A stretch of DNA of 63,917 nt, filler included, from Psammoneis japonica (GCA_008632985.1; 3 parts of 3 records of this genome joined end to end with filler, not necessarily neighbours in it), one strand, 5' to 3'. Counted from the whole stretch's first letter, positions 26,305 through 38,445 are shown. Program-made: numbers and translations. Notes: a model not told the origin generated them from the letters alone.

Positions 26305-27033
26305 CCACGACATCAAATGTCTGCTCAAGGTGAGCAACCACGAGCTTGGAAACAATCTCTCCGTCGGAGTTCTTCTTGATTCGGAAGAGAGTGTTGCAAC
26401 CAAAGTCATTTATCTCTACAAGGTGGGTGCGAACCCAGGAGTGAGCTTGGTTGCCAAATTGCTTGCGGAACTCCTTTTTGTCAAGCCCATCTAATCCGGT
26501 GTTCCAGAACTTGACAGCTCGAACCCTGTTTCCCACTCAGAACGAAGCATCAACTTGGAGTTGTTCACAAGCGAGACATCATCAAATTGGTTGTCCTTGA
26601 TGCCAAAGGCAATCAAGTTGAAAGCTTCGCGGTGTTTGGTCTCCATGAAGACGGCCCTCACCTTCTCAGGAGATGTGAGGACAGTGGCGTCTGGTTGGGA
26701 GGGAGGGAGAGCAACGGACATGGCGGTGGATGCAACAATGTGGGGTCAATCTCGGCCAAGAAGAACAACAGAGTGGCACAAAGTGAAAACAGGAGCAAAG
26801 AAGGAGGAGGCCGAAGAGCAAGGGTGCCACGTCTTGAGCATGTCTGGGATTCTTGAGAATCCGGAAAATGGCCAAAAAGGGAATTCTTGTGAATCGGTGA
26901 CCGTGATTCTGGAGAATCGGTGGTTCACAACAAATGGGAAATTTGCACGAGGTCCGATTCTTAAAAAACGGTTTTCACAAAATTCCAGGTCCGGATTCTC
27001 AAGAATCGCAGATTCTCAAGAATCGTCGTAACA
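26305..27033 (-). mobile_element. Terminus of a probable Ginger-like (integrase-type) DNA transposon with subterminal palindromes and the start of an ORF
   Basis: Minus-strand end TGTTACGACGATTCTTGAGAATC (fits the TGTNR terminus); several GATTCTnnAGAATC palindromes at 26848-27024; ORF ends at the gap in VVAHLEQTFDVV, resembling sequence just before an integrase H2C2 domain. Confidence 0.5.
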
Positions 27034-27295
27034 GATCCGCCGAGTCCGGCTTAAAATGCGAACCCCGAATCTTCCGACGACTTCGAAAAATCAGGTGGTG
27101 GAGCAAAAAGCAGTCGTGAAAACTGTCGCAACTCGCCAATCGCCACAAGTTTTCTCACAAAATACAGTACAANCTCGTTCTATCTTACACCGCTTCACAC
27201 ACACATCCTCATAGCGAACCCCATTCTGCATCCAGTTGTTCGTATCATAGACTTCACCCCTCACCCCTGATTATACATCACATTCAGTCCCGACC

Positions 27296-29489
27296 ATGAG
27301 TTTCAATGAAGACTCGTTCGATGCTCTGTTTTCTCCGCAGTCGGTCGCGGTGATTGGAGCAAGCACTCAACCAGGCAAGGTAGGCCACGATATCTTTGTC
27401 AACATTCTCAAAGGTGGCTTTACGGGCGTTTTATACCCCGTCAATCCAAAGGCCAAGTCTGTTTCCAGCATCAAGGCCTATCCAAGCATAAGCGACGTCC
27501 CAGACTCTGTCGATCTCGCCATGATCATTCTCCCACCCTGGGTCGCATTGAACGCTGTAAAGGCATCCATCGAAAAAGGCGTCAAAGCCATTGTGATTGT
27601 CAGCGCAGGGTTCCGTGAAGTCGGTGGCGAGGGTCTTGACATTGAAAACCAAATCGTCAAGTTGACCAAAGATGCCGGTGTTCGACTAGTCGGGCCGAAT
27701 TGTCTTGGAGTCATCAATCCATCCTCCTCTGTCAGACTCAATGCAAGCTTTAGCACTCGCATGCCCAAGGCTGGTAACATTTCCTTCATCTCTCAAAGCG
27801 GAGCACTGTGTACAGCAGTCCTCGATTTCGCAGCCGAAATGGACTTTGGCTTTGCGAAATTCATCTCGATTGGAAACAAAGCCGATGTTGATGAATTGGA
27901 TTTGCTTCGATACTTTCATGCCGACCAAGAAACAGACGTCATTATGATTTATCTCGAAGAATTGCGACGTGACGGACAAAAGTTTATCAACGCGGTCAAG
28001 GAAATCACGTGCGGTGACAACCACCCCACGCCCGTCTTGGTAATCAAGAGCGGTCGCACACTGGCCGGAGCCGCGGCGGCAGCAAGTCATACCGGGGCTC
28101 TCGCTGGAACCGAAGGCGCGTACGACGCCATCTTAAGCAGGCTGGATTATTCGAGTCGATAACATCGATGAGCTTTTGATTTCGCCAAACCTTTGCCTCC
28201 CACATTGAAGACAGCTTCGGCAATGTTCGCCGCAAGGTTGTCAGTGGGAATCAATTGGCCATTGTCACCAATGCTGGAGGACCGGGTATTGTTGCTACCG
28301 ACATGACAGTCTCTTCTGGACTCCAGTTGGCAACTTTCCGAGAAGATACCATTGAAACACTCGCCAGTCACTTGCCCAACACCGCCAACCTGAAGAATCC
28401 AGTGGATGTTATTGGTGACGCAGCCGCTGATAGGTACGAGCACGCCATTTCTACCGTTGTCAAGGATGAGGGAGTGGATGCCATCATGGTCATTCTCACA
28501 CCACAATCCATGACAAATGCCCTAGGCACAGCCGAAGCCATTGTCAAGATTTCGAGACGCACCTACAACCAATCGTTTGCTGCTTTATGGGTGTCATTGA
28601 TGTGTCCGCCGGGGTTCATTTCTTACAAGAACACGGTATTCCCGTCTTTCGTTTTCCCGAAAATGCGGCTCGCTCTTTGGGAGCCTTTTATCGTTATTCG
28701 AATTGGCTCAATCGTCAACACCTGGCTCAGTTTGATCTGAGACATGACACCAACAAGGCAGATGCGATTATCCAAGACTGCATCGCCCGAGGCAAGACTC
28801 ACTTGGGAGAGGTGGATGGTTACAAGCTGTTGGAGTGTTACGGGTTCAAGACTATGCCAACCAAGTTAGCCACAACGAGCAATGAGGCTGTTGCCCTTTC
28901 GGAAGAGATGGGTTATCCCGTCGTGTTGAAAATCGCCTCTCCACAGATTCTGCACAAATCGGACGCCGGCGGTGTCATGGTCAAGCTCAAGTCGGCAGAG
29001 GATGTTCGAGAGGCCTTTGATCTCATCCTCAAGCGTGCCAAAGACTTTAATCCAGACGCCGAAATTGATGGTGTCATTGTTCAGAAAATGGCACCCAAAG
29101 GAGAAGAAGTCATTCTCGGTGCCAATCGTTACCCAGTCTTTGGGCCGTTGCTCATGTTTGGCATCGGCGGTATCTTTGTGGAGGTGTTTAAGGATGTTGA
29201 ATTTCGTCTTGCCCCCATTTTGAGGAATGAAGCTCATCGTATGATTAGCGGCATCAAGGGTTACAAGCTCCTGAAGGGATTCCGTGGTAGACCGGAAACC
29301 GACATTCAAGAACTGGAAAAGAGCCTCGTCTCCCTTTCCAACATGGTGACCAATCATCCTGAAATCGCCGAGATGGATATAAATCCCATGCGCGTCTTAC
29401 CGAAAGGTCAAGGTGTCGTGGTTGTCGATGTCCGCATGATTTTGAAGGAAACAGGCTCCACGTTTGAAGAGAAGAAGTTCGATCTATAA
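27296..29489 (+). CDS. Acyl-CoA synthetase (NDP-forming) / acetate--CoA ligase [ADP-forming], alpha-beta fusion; apparent frameshifts near 28150-28250 and ~28570
   Basis: VAVIGAS..PGKVG, GPNCLG, SQSGA, AAASHTGALAG (phospho-His loop), IVTNAGGPG, NPVDVIGDA; C-terminal ATP-grasp GYPVVLKIASPQILHKSDAGGV...DINP. Confidence 0.93.
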
Positions 29490-29728
29490 TCTACAGACCG
29501 ATGTTCGAGTGATTATGAAGGAAACAACTTAGAGAAGAAGCTTGATCCACGAGATCAAGCACGATTTTGAATGACACAAGTTAGAGACAAGCTCGATCAA
29601 AGTGATCCAGCTTTTGATGTAAGTATAAGAAGAAATTTAGAATCATCATTACATGCAAAACATTTTGAGCGCCCGACATACCGTAGTGCCACCCGCATGG
29701 TGATGCCTACCGATAATCGAGAAACGTT

Positions 29729-30172
29729 TGTTATTCTTGAATTGTTTTCAACTCATCCTTCTTTAGGTACTCCATACAGTTCTGCTTCCATCTGGTGATT
29801 CCTTTGGAGGCGTTCGTAAAGATTATTTTCTTCGACAAGCATAATAATTCAATATTGGCATGTAATGCACACTCCATCCTCATATGCAGTTCCACCAGAA
29901 TACGGTCTTCAATGACAAAGCGGTCCACCATTTGCAACTCGATACCAAACTCTCCATACTTCTGCAACATTTGTCCTTTGGTGCCCCAGCGGCATCTTAC
30001 ATATGGGCATACCATGTTGTAATTCTGATAAATTGTGAGCTTAGTTTTACTCTTCTACTTTTCTAAACGTTTCTAAAATCTCTGAGAGTCAGAGCATTCG
30101 CTCGGGACTGGAGAAACACGATTGAGATCGCTTCAGTAGCGCGTTTATACCTAAAATCTACTCGGAGTAACA
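29729..30172 (-). repeat. Probable 3' LTR of the adjacent copia element, preceded by a polypurine tract
   Basis: Minus strand reads GAGGGAG|TGTTACTCCGAG at 30179-30161 just downstream of RNase H; candidate far end tgttattc at 29729 (imperfect inverted match); the left boundary is less certain. Confidence 0.6.
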
Positions 30173-30259
30173 CTCCCTCGCAGGATCGTGCGAATTTGAA
30201 TTGCGAGGATAAATTTGAAAATTCAAAAGAAAATCACCATCCCATGAACTTGAACCGTA

Positions 30260-33200
30260 GACACTCGAAAGCTTCCTTCGGTGAGGGCTTGGTGAAGATA
30301 TCTGCTAATTGCTCTTTGGTGGAGCAGTGTTGAACTTGAACATCCCCTTTCCGGATGTGATCTCTAAAATGAAACAACCGGCAAGAAGCAAAGATGCTTG
30401 GTCCTCGGACGCAGCTTCAGATTCTTGGCCAATTCGATGCATGCTGAATTGTCTTCGAACGCAGTGCACTTGATCGTAGGTTTTGTAAATGGAGTGTCAA
30501 TTCTTCTTTCCTTGAGCTCCTTGAGTAAATTCATCATGCAAATGACTTCCTTGAGAGCAGCAGACAGTGCAATGATCTCTGCTTCGGTGGTGGACAGTGT
30601 GATGAGGGACTGCAATTTTGAGCCCCAGATGATGGGACATCTGGCAGGGGCAATGAGACACCCGGTTCCAGAACATGCATTGCTGGAATTGGTTGAACAA
30701 TCCTTGTTCCAATTTTCTGCCCAATCTGCATCAACACAACACTCAAATGACTTGGCAGGGTCAGGTTTAAAAATGAGACCTTGATTTTCGGTTTTCTTGA
30801 GATGCCTGCAAATGCGTTTGATGGCCTTCTCATGAGACAATTTAGGTTCATTGCAGAATCTAGCACATTGATGAACTGCATAAGTGAGTTCAGGGCAGCT
30901 CACAGCTTGAAGACAGTTTAGAGCGCCGACCACTGAGCGGCAGCTCCAATTTTCTTGTCTCGGAGCACCACCAGGATCCTTGAAGAGAATCGTGTCGTGC
31001 TTTTTGACCATCTTGGAGGCTTCCTTGTTGTCTCTAGCAGGAATGCCAACCATTTTTAGACATCTGTCAATCACCCTTGGATGCAACAACTCAGCTGATC
31101 CGCCTGGGTGTCGCAGGATGCGCGCCTCGAGGAAATCTTTTAGATCACCTCCGTCAGTGAGTGCAAAATCCTTTTTGAGCTTCCTTGTCGGGGCCAGCAA
31201 GACATGCAACATCCCACAAAGTGCAAGCAGCACATTGACTTTTGCAAAGAGGCATGGGTTGACATTGGATGGTTTCCAACAGCGATCTGTCAAACCCTTC
31301 TGAATGTGCTCATGACAGGTTAACCCGCGGCGTCCTTGGAGACCACAGAGGTTCTTGGTGAGCCTGAGGTGAACTCTTTCATTGTGCTTGGAGTTCCTGA
31401 GGTTGGCTCCTTTGGACAGTCTCACATGGACATTCTTGGATTGTGCGTCAGCTTGAGGATGTGCAAGAACGAAATCGATGGATGGCATTTCCCAATTTAA
31501 AATCAGGACGAGAATCAATGCGATGCGAGTGGCAGTCCAGGATGCAATGGGAGAGCAAGCATCCCATGAGCATCACCATAGACTTGCATTCCACCATGGG
31601 CACAAAGTCATGCTTTCCATTTGACAACATCACCTGCTGGATCACGCTTGCGCTTCATGGACCAAACCACATTGATCGGTTTTGCAAACTTTGGTGCAAT
31701 GCTGGAAGGTGCCATTTCCCAATGCTCACATTCAGCATGATCCACAAGCTCTTTTTCCATTGCTTCCATGAACTTGTTGGCATCTTCTTGTTGCATGGCA
31801 TGCTCAAGTGTCCCATGGCATCTGGGTCTTGTTGCTTGATTGCCGAACAACATTGCAGACTAACCAGAGGGTGGAGTTCTTTGGTTTCGTTCAGTGGTGC
31901 ATTGGATGGACCGAATTTCATGACAAGCAGCCGCAAATGACAGCCTGTTGCAGGTTTTGTGCATCTTCCTGATCAAGCATGCCCGCTGGGAGCAACATTG
32001 AGTCCTCTGGGAACTGGATTTGCACTGGCTGGAGCACTGGAAACTGACTGCTCAGAACCTGAAGGCTGGTCAGGGTTTTGTCAAGCTCTCTGTTGTCCAT
32101 TGGCAGCATGCGTTGGGGCATCTCCCTCAGTTGTTGGACTTTGGTTTTGGCAAGCAAAAACGATGTTGGATTCGTAATTTTGACTTGCATGTGCGTGATT
32201 GCGTGGCTCAGGATTTTGTTCTCCCTTGAAGCCAAGACCAGGGTCGCGTTTAAATCTTGTGTGATGTCTCATGGGACTCACAAATTTTTTGGGATGCTGG
32301 CCTGCGTGCATTCGAAAAGTGACCGTTGAGTCGTGGGCACCGATTCCATGCTGATTGTCGTTGTTCAATCAGGGTCAATTGAGGATTGTTTGACTTGCAG
32401 CTTGGCTTTGCATTGCCACAAACTTGCGGCAAAGTGTTTGTCATGGGTGACAGCATCAAAGGTGTTGTCGCGCACAATGTGGCATTGCAGTGAAATGAAG
32501 CTTGTCTGCATGTTGAGTGCGAGCAGCACCAATGAAGCATGATGCGGTGAGCAGCCAAGGCAGATGCCAACTTGGGACCATTCTTTCCACTTTGGGAATG
32601 GTTTTCTTGTTTGAAGTGGTGCCTCCAGGATGTCAACAGGACAAGCAAATGGATGGAAATGTTTCAGGTTGGATTCCACAGGGCTGCCCGAGAAGACAGA
32701 GACAGGGCTCTGGCTTTGGCCAACTCGTGGCAGTGCATTGCATGTGTTGATGGCATGCTTGAGTGCCTGGGGCCAGAGGTTGACTGTGACAGTGTTGGGC
32801 CATTGATGGGCAACATGCAACAACATGGTTCTTGCAGATTCAGTCATGTCTCATGTCCTTCTCTCCACAATGCCGTTTTGATGGTGTGCTCCAACTCTGC
32901 AAAAGGATGTCATCTGGTGGGCAGCTTGTGCTGCTTCCAAAAAGGCTTTGTCAGCAAATTGTCTGTTGTCACAGTGACAGTGTTTGATTTGTGCACCATG
33001 ACTGGCAGCACAGTGCTGAAAGACCTTTTTGCGTCAATGGTTTCTCCTGGGTGCTGAGTGACTCTTGCAGATGCACGCATGTCAGGCCAGATGCATGGTC
33101 GGTAAAAACAGTTGCACCAGTGTAACACCTTTTTGTTGGTGATTCCTTTGCTGTGGGGACAAATCCTGGCACAGGAGACTTGAGCTGGTCAACTGACACA

Positions 33201-34500
33201 ACTTGTCTGGGCTTGGCAGCAAGTTTGATCTGCTTGGGTTGGCTCTTGGTGTGCCAAGGCCTTTTGTGTGCCTTTCCGTGTGGGCATCCAGGACACTTTG
33301 GAGATGGCACCTGCACAAGTTTCTTTGGCAGGAGACCTTGCTTTGCAAAGTGGTCCATCTGGGTGAATGGCAAGCGACCCAGTGTTTTGTGTGAAGCCAT
33401 TTTAAGTTTGAAATCTGATGCTGACTAGGGTGTGTCATCGTCTGACCAGAGAAGGCAGCATTGACAGGTGTTTGCCTGATGGTGCCTCCCTTGGATGGTT
33501 GATCTGCCGGCTCAGAAGCAGTGGGAGGCAACTTGTCATTGTCCTGCTTGTCATCAGCAATGCAAGCAGCATTGAAGGATTGGAAGTGCATGGCGTGACT
33601 CTTGAAACCTTGAAGTGTGGCTGCGGTGTGGACAATGCTGACGTTTGAACTGCAAAGCATTGTGTGACGTTGGCAGATCTTTCCGGAGCTGATGTCTGTC
33701 CACTCCACAAGTGGGTGAGTGCCTCTCGTGTCACAGTGGGCTGTGAAACTGTCGCACTGAATCTCATGTTGTTGCACCCATTTTTGAGGACAAAATAGAT
33801 TCATCAAATTGCTTGGGAGATGGAGGGCATCTTCAACCTCGACAGTGTGCTTCTCACCTTGATTGTCTTCAATCAATTTTAGCTGGCATTGCCACTTTCT
33901 TCGCCATCATTCTGGGCACCTCTCGAGGTTGAGCAAGGTTGATGATGGTTGAATTTCGTTTCATGCCTCGGATCAATTGTCTTGTGTGCCTGTGATGCTC
34001 TCTTCTTGCACCTTGGTTGGGAGGTGTGTGCTTGAAGCAGATGCTCCTGAAGACATCCATGAGACATTGCCTTTGGATTGGCACAGCGCGGCCTGTTCCT
34101 TGCACCAGTGGACCGGGTCTGGGGGTCATCGGAAGGTGGGCATTCCACATCCACGTCATTTCTTTGCTTGTTTGTCTCTGCTTCTGGTTGGGTGCCATTG
34201 TCTGAGTTGCCATGGCAGGGGGGCATTGTGGAGTTGAATGTTTGATGTGAGGCTGTGTTTGCTGGGCATGCACAGGACACGTTGACAAAGCCGGTTGAGA
34301 GCAGATTGGGGCTGTGCTCCCTCGCAAACATGGATGAGTGCAATGGTCTGCTGCATTGGCAGGGTTGCATTTCAGACATGGGTGGAGTAGAAAGCATTGG
34401 ACGAACAGCAAATGGAAGGGGACTGCAACAATCAACAGGGAGAAGGTGAGCAGACAGCGAACTGGAGCTGCTTGGAGCCGTGTGGGGCGTGCTCATTCTT
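30260..34500 (-). mobile_element. Degenerate Ty1/copia pol: pre-integrase, integrase, RT, RNase H
   Basis: LG.LPF..M...AKQGLLPKKL...PKCPGC, VSVDQLKSPVPG, FTDHASG, ARTMLLH...LWPQAL, KRKRDPAGDVVKWKA, YAVHQCARF, WGSKLQSLITLSTTEAE, FEDNSACIELA...RPRTKH; copia domain order. Confidence 0.92.
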
Positions 34501-36034
34501 GATCATCCAGGGTGTCAAAGGTGCTTTTGATGAGGCCCACAGGGTCAATTGTCTTGAGGTTCATGGGCGATAAGAAATCTCAGTGATTGCACACGCTGCA
34601 CGCGTGAGGTGCAGCGCACCGAGAGGTGGCTCTCTGGAGCCAGGGGCTGACTCTCTGAAATTTGGCTTGCTGTTGCAATGGTGCACTCCATTTTGATTGC
34701 ATGCAGTCAACTGCAGGGTTGAGTGTTCAAAAGGCTTTTGGATTTTTTTGTGTGGGGAGAGTTCTCCACTGGAGTGTTTGCTCTTGTTTTTGCTGGCTTC
34801 AGTCCGGGAGGAAAGCCATGTGGGCGGGCAAGCCAGCATCCAAAATTGTTGTCATCTTCCCTTGTGGCTGAAGAGCCGCACTGCTGCTGACAGAGAGACA
34901 TCAGGATCCAATGCACACATCAATGGCAGCTCTGTGAACCTTCACAATCTTTGCACCACAGTGGCAGACAAGGAGAGTTCTAAAATGCAGCGAAGTGGCC
35001 TTGAGGTCAACACACGCACCAACGAACCTCTTTTTGCAAGCTCTTTCAATCAGCTTGCGCCAGACCCAGCTCTCTGCAGTGTGCCAAAATCTAGACTCAC
35101 AGCTGCCAAGGGAGGGGACAACCTGCATGACAAGGGCTGAGACTGCATGTGGGAATGGTGTGCACAGGGTCAGAGAAGAGCAGACAGGTGAGGCCCAGGC
35201 AAGGTGTGACATGCAAAAAATCTGGGAGTGACATGCCAGACAAGACTGGTGCTGAAGTGTTCTCAAAAGAACAAAACAAAAATGTTGCAAGAGCCAGCAT
35301 GTGAGAGTTTGCCACTCTCAACAGCAAAGCAGGAGGTTCAAGGACAGCAGCTGCTGCTGCTGTCCTCATGGGCTGGGTTGTGTCTTGGGCTGGCTGGTGT
35401 TTGTCTGTCTTCATGTGCTCCACTGTGAGTTTCTTGGCAACATCTTTTGGAACACCACGCAGCTTGGACTTGATGTGTCCCATGATTTCTGAAGAGGAAA
35501 AACAGCAGTGCTCTCTGTGTGCAACACAAGCCATTTGTTCTTGGCTTCTGCTTTTTCAAAACTCAGTGGGGTGCCAGCCACATCAGCGCCAATCTTGGCT
35601 TTTGGGTCTTTTGCTGTTGTTGAAAACAGAATGTTTGTCACTCTTGCAACTGTGCCCATCATCTGTGGGGCACATCTCCTGGAGGGTGACACCATGCAGG
35701 GGTCTCATTGCATGCATGTTCATCATTGCAACAAACACATTGCTTTGTTGATGTGGTGTGTGTGTGTGATCCTGCATTTGTCAACATTTTGTCTGTGAGA
35801 AGCACCACCACAACAAAGCTGGCTCTTCTGCTCACTTTTGTGCTGTCCAAACAACAGCCTGACAAAAGATGAGTTCTTGTCATTTGTTTTTTTTTGCATG
35901 AAGGAATCAAAAGCTCAGCACAAGAAGTGGCATGTTTGGCACAGCCACACACGTGGTGGCAGCAGCTGCGGGTCTCTCTTGGAATGAGCATGCAGCCAAC
36001 CCACTGAATGAAAAAAGTGACACATGATGGGTCT

Positions 36035-36250
36035 GGTGGCAGGTGTGGAGAACACCCCCAAAGGCAGTCTTCTCAGACTTGTGAGCTGCCTTTGGAGATT
36101 TCAGTGCAACTTTGGTGTGGGGTGTGTGTTGCCGCACACAAGCAGCAGCGGGCAAAGCCTGGCTGGCCCGGCAGGTGGTGGTGTGGAGAGTGCACACCCC
36201 CAAGGCAGTCTTCTCAGACTTGCTCAGAGATTTCAGTGCAATGTTGTGTT
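36035..36250 (+). repeat. Two imperfect direct copies of an ~80-bp unit at the edge of the repeat block
   Basis: ggtgtggaga..cacccc(c)aaggcagtcttctcagacttg...gagatttcagtgcaa occurs at ~36042 and ~36180. Confidence 0.8.
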
Positions 36251-36588
36251 TAAGCCTGTGCGCCACAAGGGACCTTGTACACACATCTTTGCTCTCTGCT
36301 CTCCGCTGAGCTATCCTACCTGCGTGCGCCTCGCCCATCTTACCTGTCCATCTACCGGTGCGGCATCTATCTACGTATCTACCGGTAGACCTATCTCACA
36401 TCCTCAATTGTCGTCTGTCATGTGCTCGTGCGATTTCTGCGCGGAACCGGATTTTTGGATGTGCGTCAGTGGCGATGATGAGCCAAGCCATCGCAAAGCG
36501 ATGGAATGGAAAGATCCAAAACATCACATCAACGACGTTTGTGTCCATCACATCATAGATTCGATCAATCACGCAATTTCATTGCGTC

Positions 36589-38445
36589 ATGACAAAGACA
36601 TCGTTAAACAACAGCACATTTGAAATCCGTGTGGCTCTGATTGGCAATGTCTCGGTTGGCAAAAGCACCGTTCTGAATGCGCTCTTGGGTGCTCAGTACA
36701 GTGAGGTATCGATGCGTCGAACGACGGCCGCTGTCCACAATTTTTGTATCCTAGACGACTGGTCCATGGTTGAGAAAAAAGAGCCACAGACAGCAGCCAC
36801 TACTCTGGCGGAAACAACCATGGAGAATGCCAAGCATCGTTCTAGCGACGGTGGTGATGTGTCAGTCAAGACGTTCGACATTGCTCTAGATGAACCCGTA
36901 TGCAAGATGAGGAAAGATACAAAGCTGGTGCTTGTGGATATTCCGGGAGCTAATGACACGGACATTAGCCGTCGTTTTAGAGAATTCGTCAAGGAGTCCT
37001 GGCATACCTTTGACATTGCCGTCTTTGTCATGGATGGAGATGTCAGTGCGAAAGAGCACGTGAGCTTGCTCGAGCTCGCAAAGGGCCTGAATGAAACAAG
37101 CCGAAAGATCCCACTCATTATTCTCTGCAACAAGATTGATGATCCAGATGAAAAGGAGCAGCAAGTGATTGTTGATGAAGCTCGTCAAGCTGTGGAAAGC
37201 GTTTTTGGTCCCATGGAAGATCAAGAAGAAGAGTCGGACTTGGCCGAAATGCCAGCCTTTATCGCCGTTTCTGCATTACACGCCTTTATTTATCGCTATG
37301 GATCTCGACTTTCCTACGAAGAATTCCAATCCATGGATGAAGACTTTATCGAGAAGCTTGGAAAGGAGAGCTATGGTCGTCAGTGGCGGCGTTTTAGCGA
37401 GGAAAAGAAGTTGGAAATGGCGTTTCGGTCCGTGAGCGACCCAGAACAGTGTCTTGACGGAGTGGAGGCGAGCAACTTTGACACCTTTATCGAGGTTCTC
37501 TCGCTATGTATTGGTGACGAGAACCATCAGCTCGTCTTTGTGGAAGAGCAGTTCACGGTGAGCTTGAAGCGTCTGGAGCTTGAGCCTCACGACAATGACA
37601 TTGTCGCCGAGCTGACGGGTGTCTACAAGAGGCTGGACGGAATCAAAAGGAGCACGGCACACTTGCCGGACCGCTTTTGGAATCCTTTCGAGCTTATTAA
37701 GAAAAAGGCATTTGAGGAGTTCCTCTCGTCAAAACAGCCTGACGCGTTGGCCAAGCCCATGCGTCTCTTGACCGAGTATGCAAATCTAGTCAAGGTGACA
37801 AAGTGGGACGGCGAGCTTGACAAGGTTGCTTTGAAAGCAAAGGATCTTGTCCTTGAACAAGCTGTTGACGTATTGGACCGAGACAAGTTTGTGGGTGACA
37901 TGTCTGCACAGGATCAGTCGTTAATTTTCGGATCCATGATGCTCTTTGCGAACCGGTCGTCCTTTTCGGAGAACTTTGGTCGATTGAAATTGGCTCTGGA
38001 CGCTCGCTATATAGAAGCGAAGGTTGCTCAATTGAACAGTACGACGCCGCAATCGAAATGCGAAAAGTGCAACGGAGCAACTACCGAGTTGAGTGGTGCG
38101 GATTATTGCGCTGGATGTGGCTACCGCTGGATCGACAAGGATGTTTTGAATTGCCCCTATTGTGGTGTGCAGGAAGGTGCTCCTCATCCATTAGCAGATT
38201 CGACCGATGCAGATCCTGCCACCAGGAAATGTGTCTCAGACTGTGGTTTCGTATTTGCTTTGCGGACAAAAGCTCGTTCCTATGACGTGAAGTGCCATGA
38301 TGGTGAGCTGGTTCCCGCAAACAAAGCTCTATTCGACAAGAGTACTACGGTTGCTGTACCAGATTCTCCAAAGGATCCAAAGCACTTTGGTCACTTGATT
38401 TGGAGTTGCTGCAACTTGCTAGAGAAAATTGACGGATCCAAGTAG
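36589..38445 (+). CDS. P-loop GTPase (dynamin-N / TRAFAC-like) with helical middle region and C-terminal Cys-rich (zinc-ribbon-like) domain, 618 aa
   Basis: G1 GNVSVGKS, G2 RRTT, G3 DIPG, G4 NKID; CxxC pairs CEKC, CAGC, CPYC and CVSDC; intact single ORF. Confidence 0.85.
   Translation: MTKTSLNNSTFEIRVALIGNVSVGKSTVLNALLGAQYSEVSMRRTTAAVHNFCILDDWSMVEKKEPQTAATTLAETTMENAKHRSSDGGDVSVKTFDIALDEPVCKMRKDTKLVLVDIPGANDTDISRRFREFVKESWHTFDIAVFVMDGDVSAKEHVSLLELAKGLNETSRKIPLIILCNKIDDPDEKEQQVIVDEARQAVESVFGPMEDQEEESDLAEMPAFIAVSALHAFIYRYGSRLSYEEFQSMDEDFIEKLGKESYGRQWRRFSEEKKLEMAFRSVSDPEQCLDGVEASNFDTFIEVLSLCIGDENHQLVFVEEQFTVSLKRLELEPHDNDIVAELTGVYKRLDGIKRSTAHLPDRFWNPFELIKKKAFEEFLSSKQPDALAKPMRLLTEYANLVKVTKWDGELDKVALKAKDLVLEQAVDVLDRDKFVGDMSAQDQSLIFGSMMLFANRSSFSENFGRLKLALDARYIEAKVAQLNSTTPQSKCEKCNGATTELSGADYCAGCGYRWIDKDVLNCPYCGVQEGAPHPLADSTDADPATRKCVSDCGFVFALRTKARSYDVKCHDGELVPANKALFDKSTTVAVPDSPKDPKHFGHLIWSCCNLLEKIDGSK

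Noticed and set aside
1..36300. Classical RIP or an alternative genetic code as the cause of Tyr->Cys/His
   Set aside because: RIP creates TpA rather than removing it; neighbouring genes use standard Tyr codons and TAA/TAG stops; duplicate copies differ at these sites.
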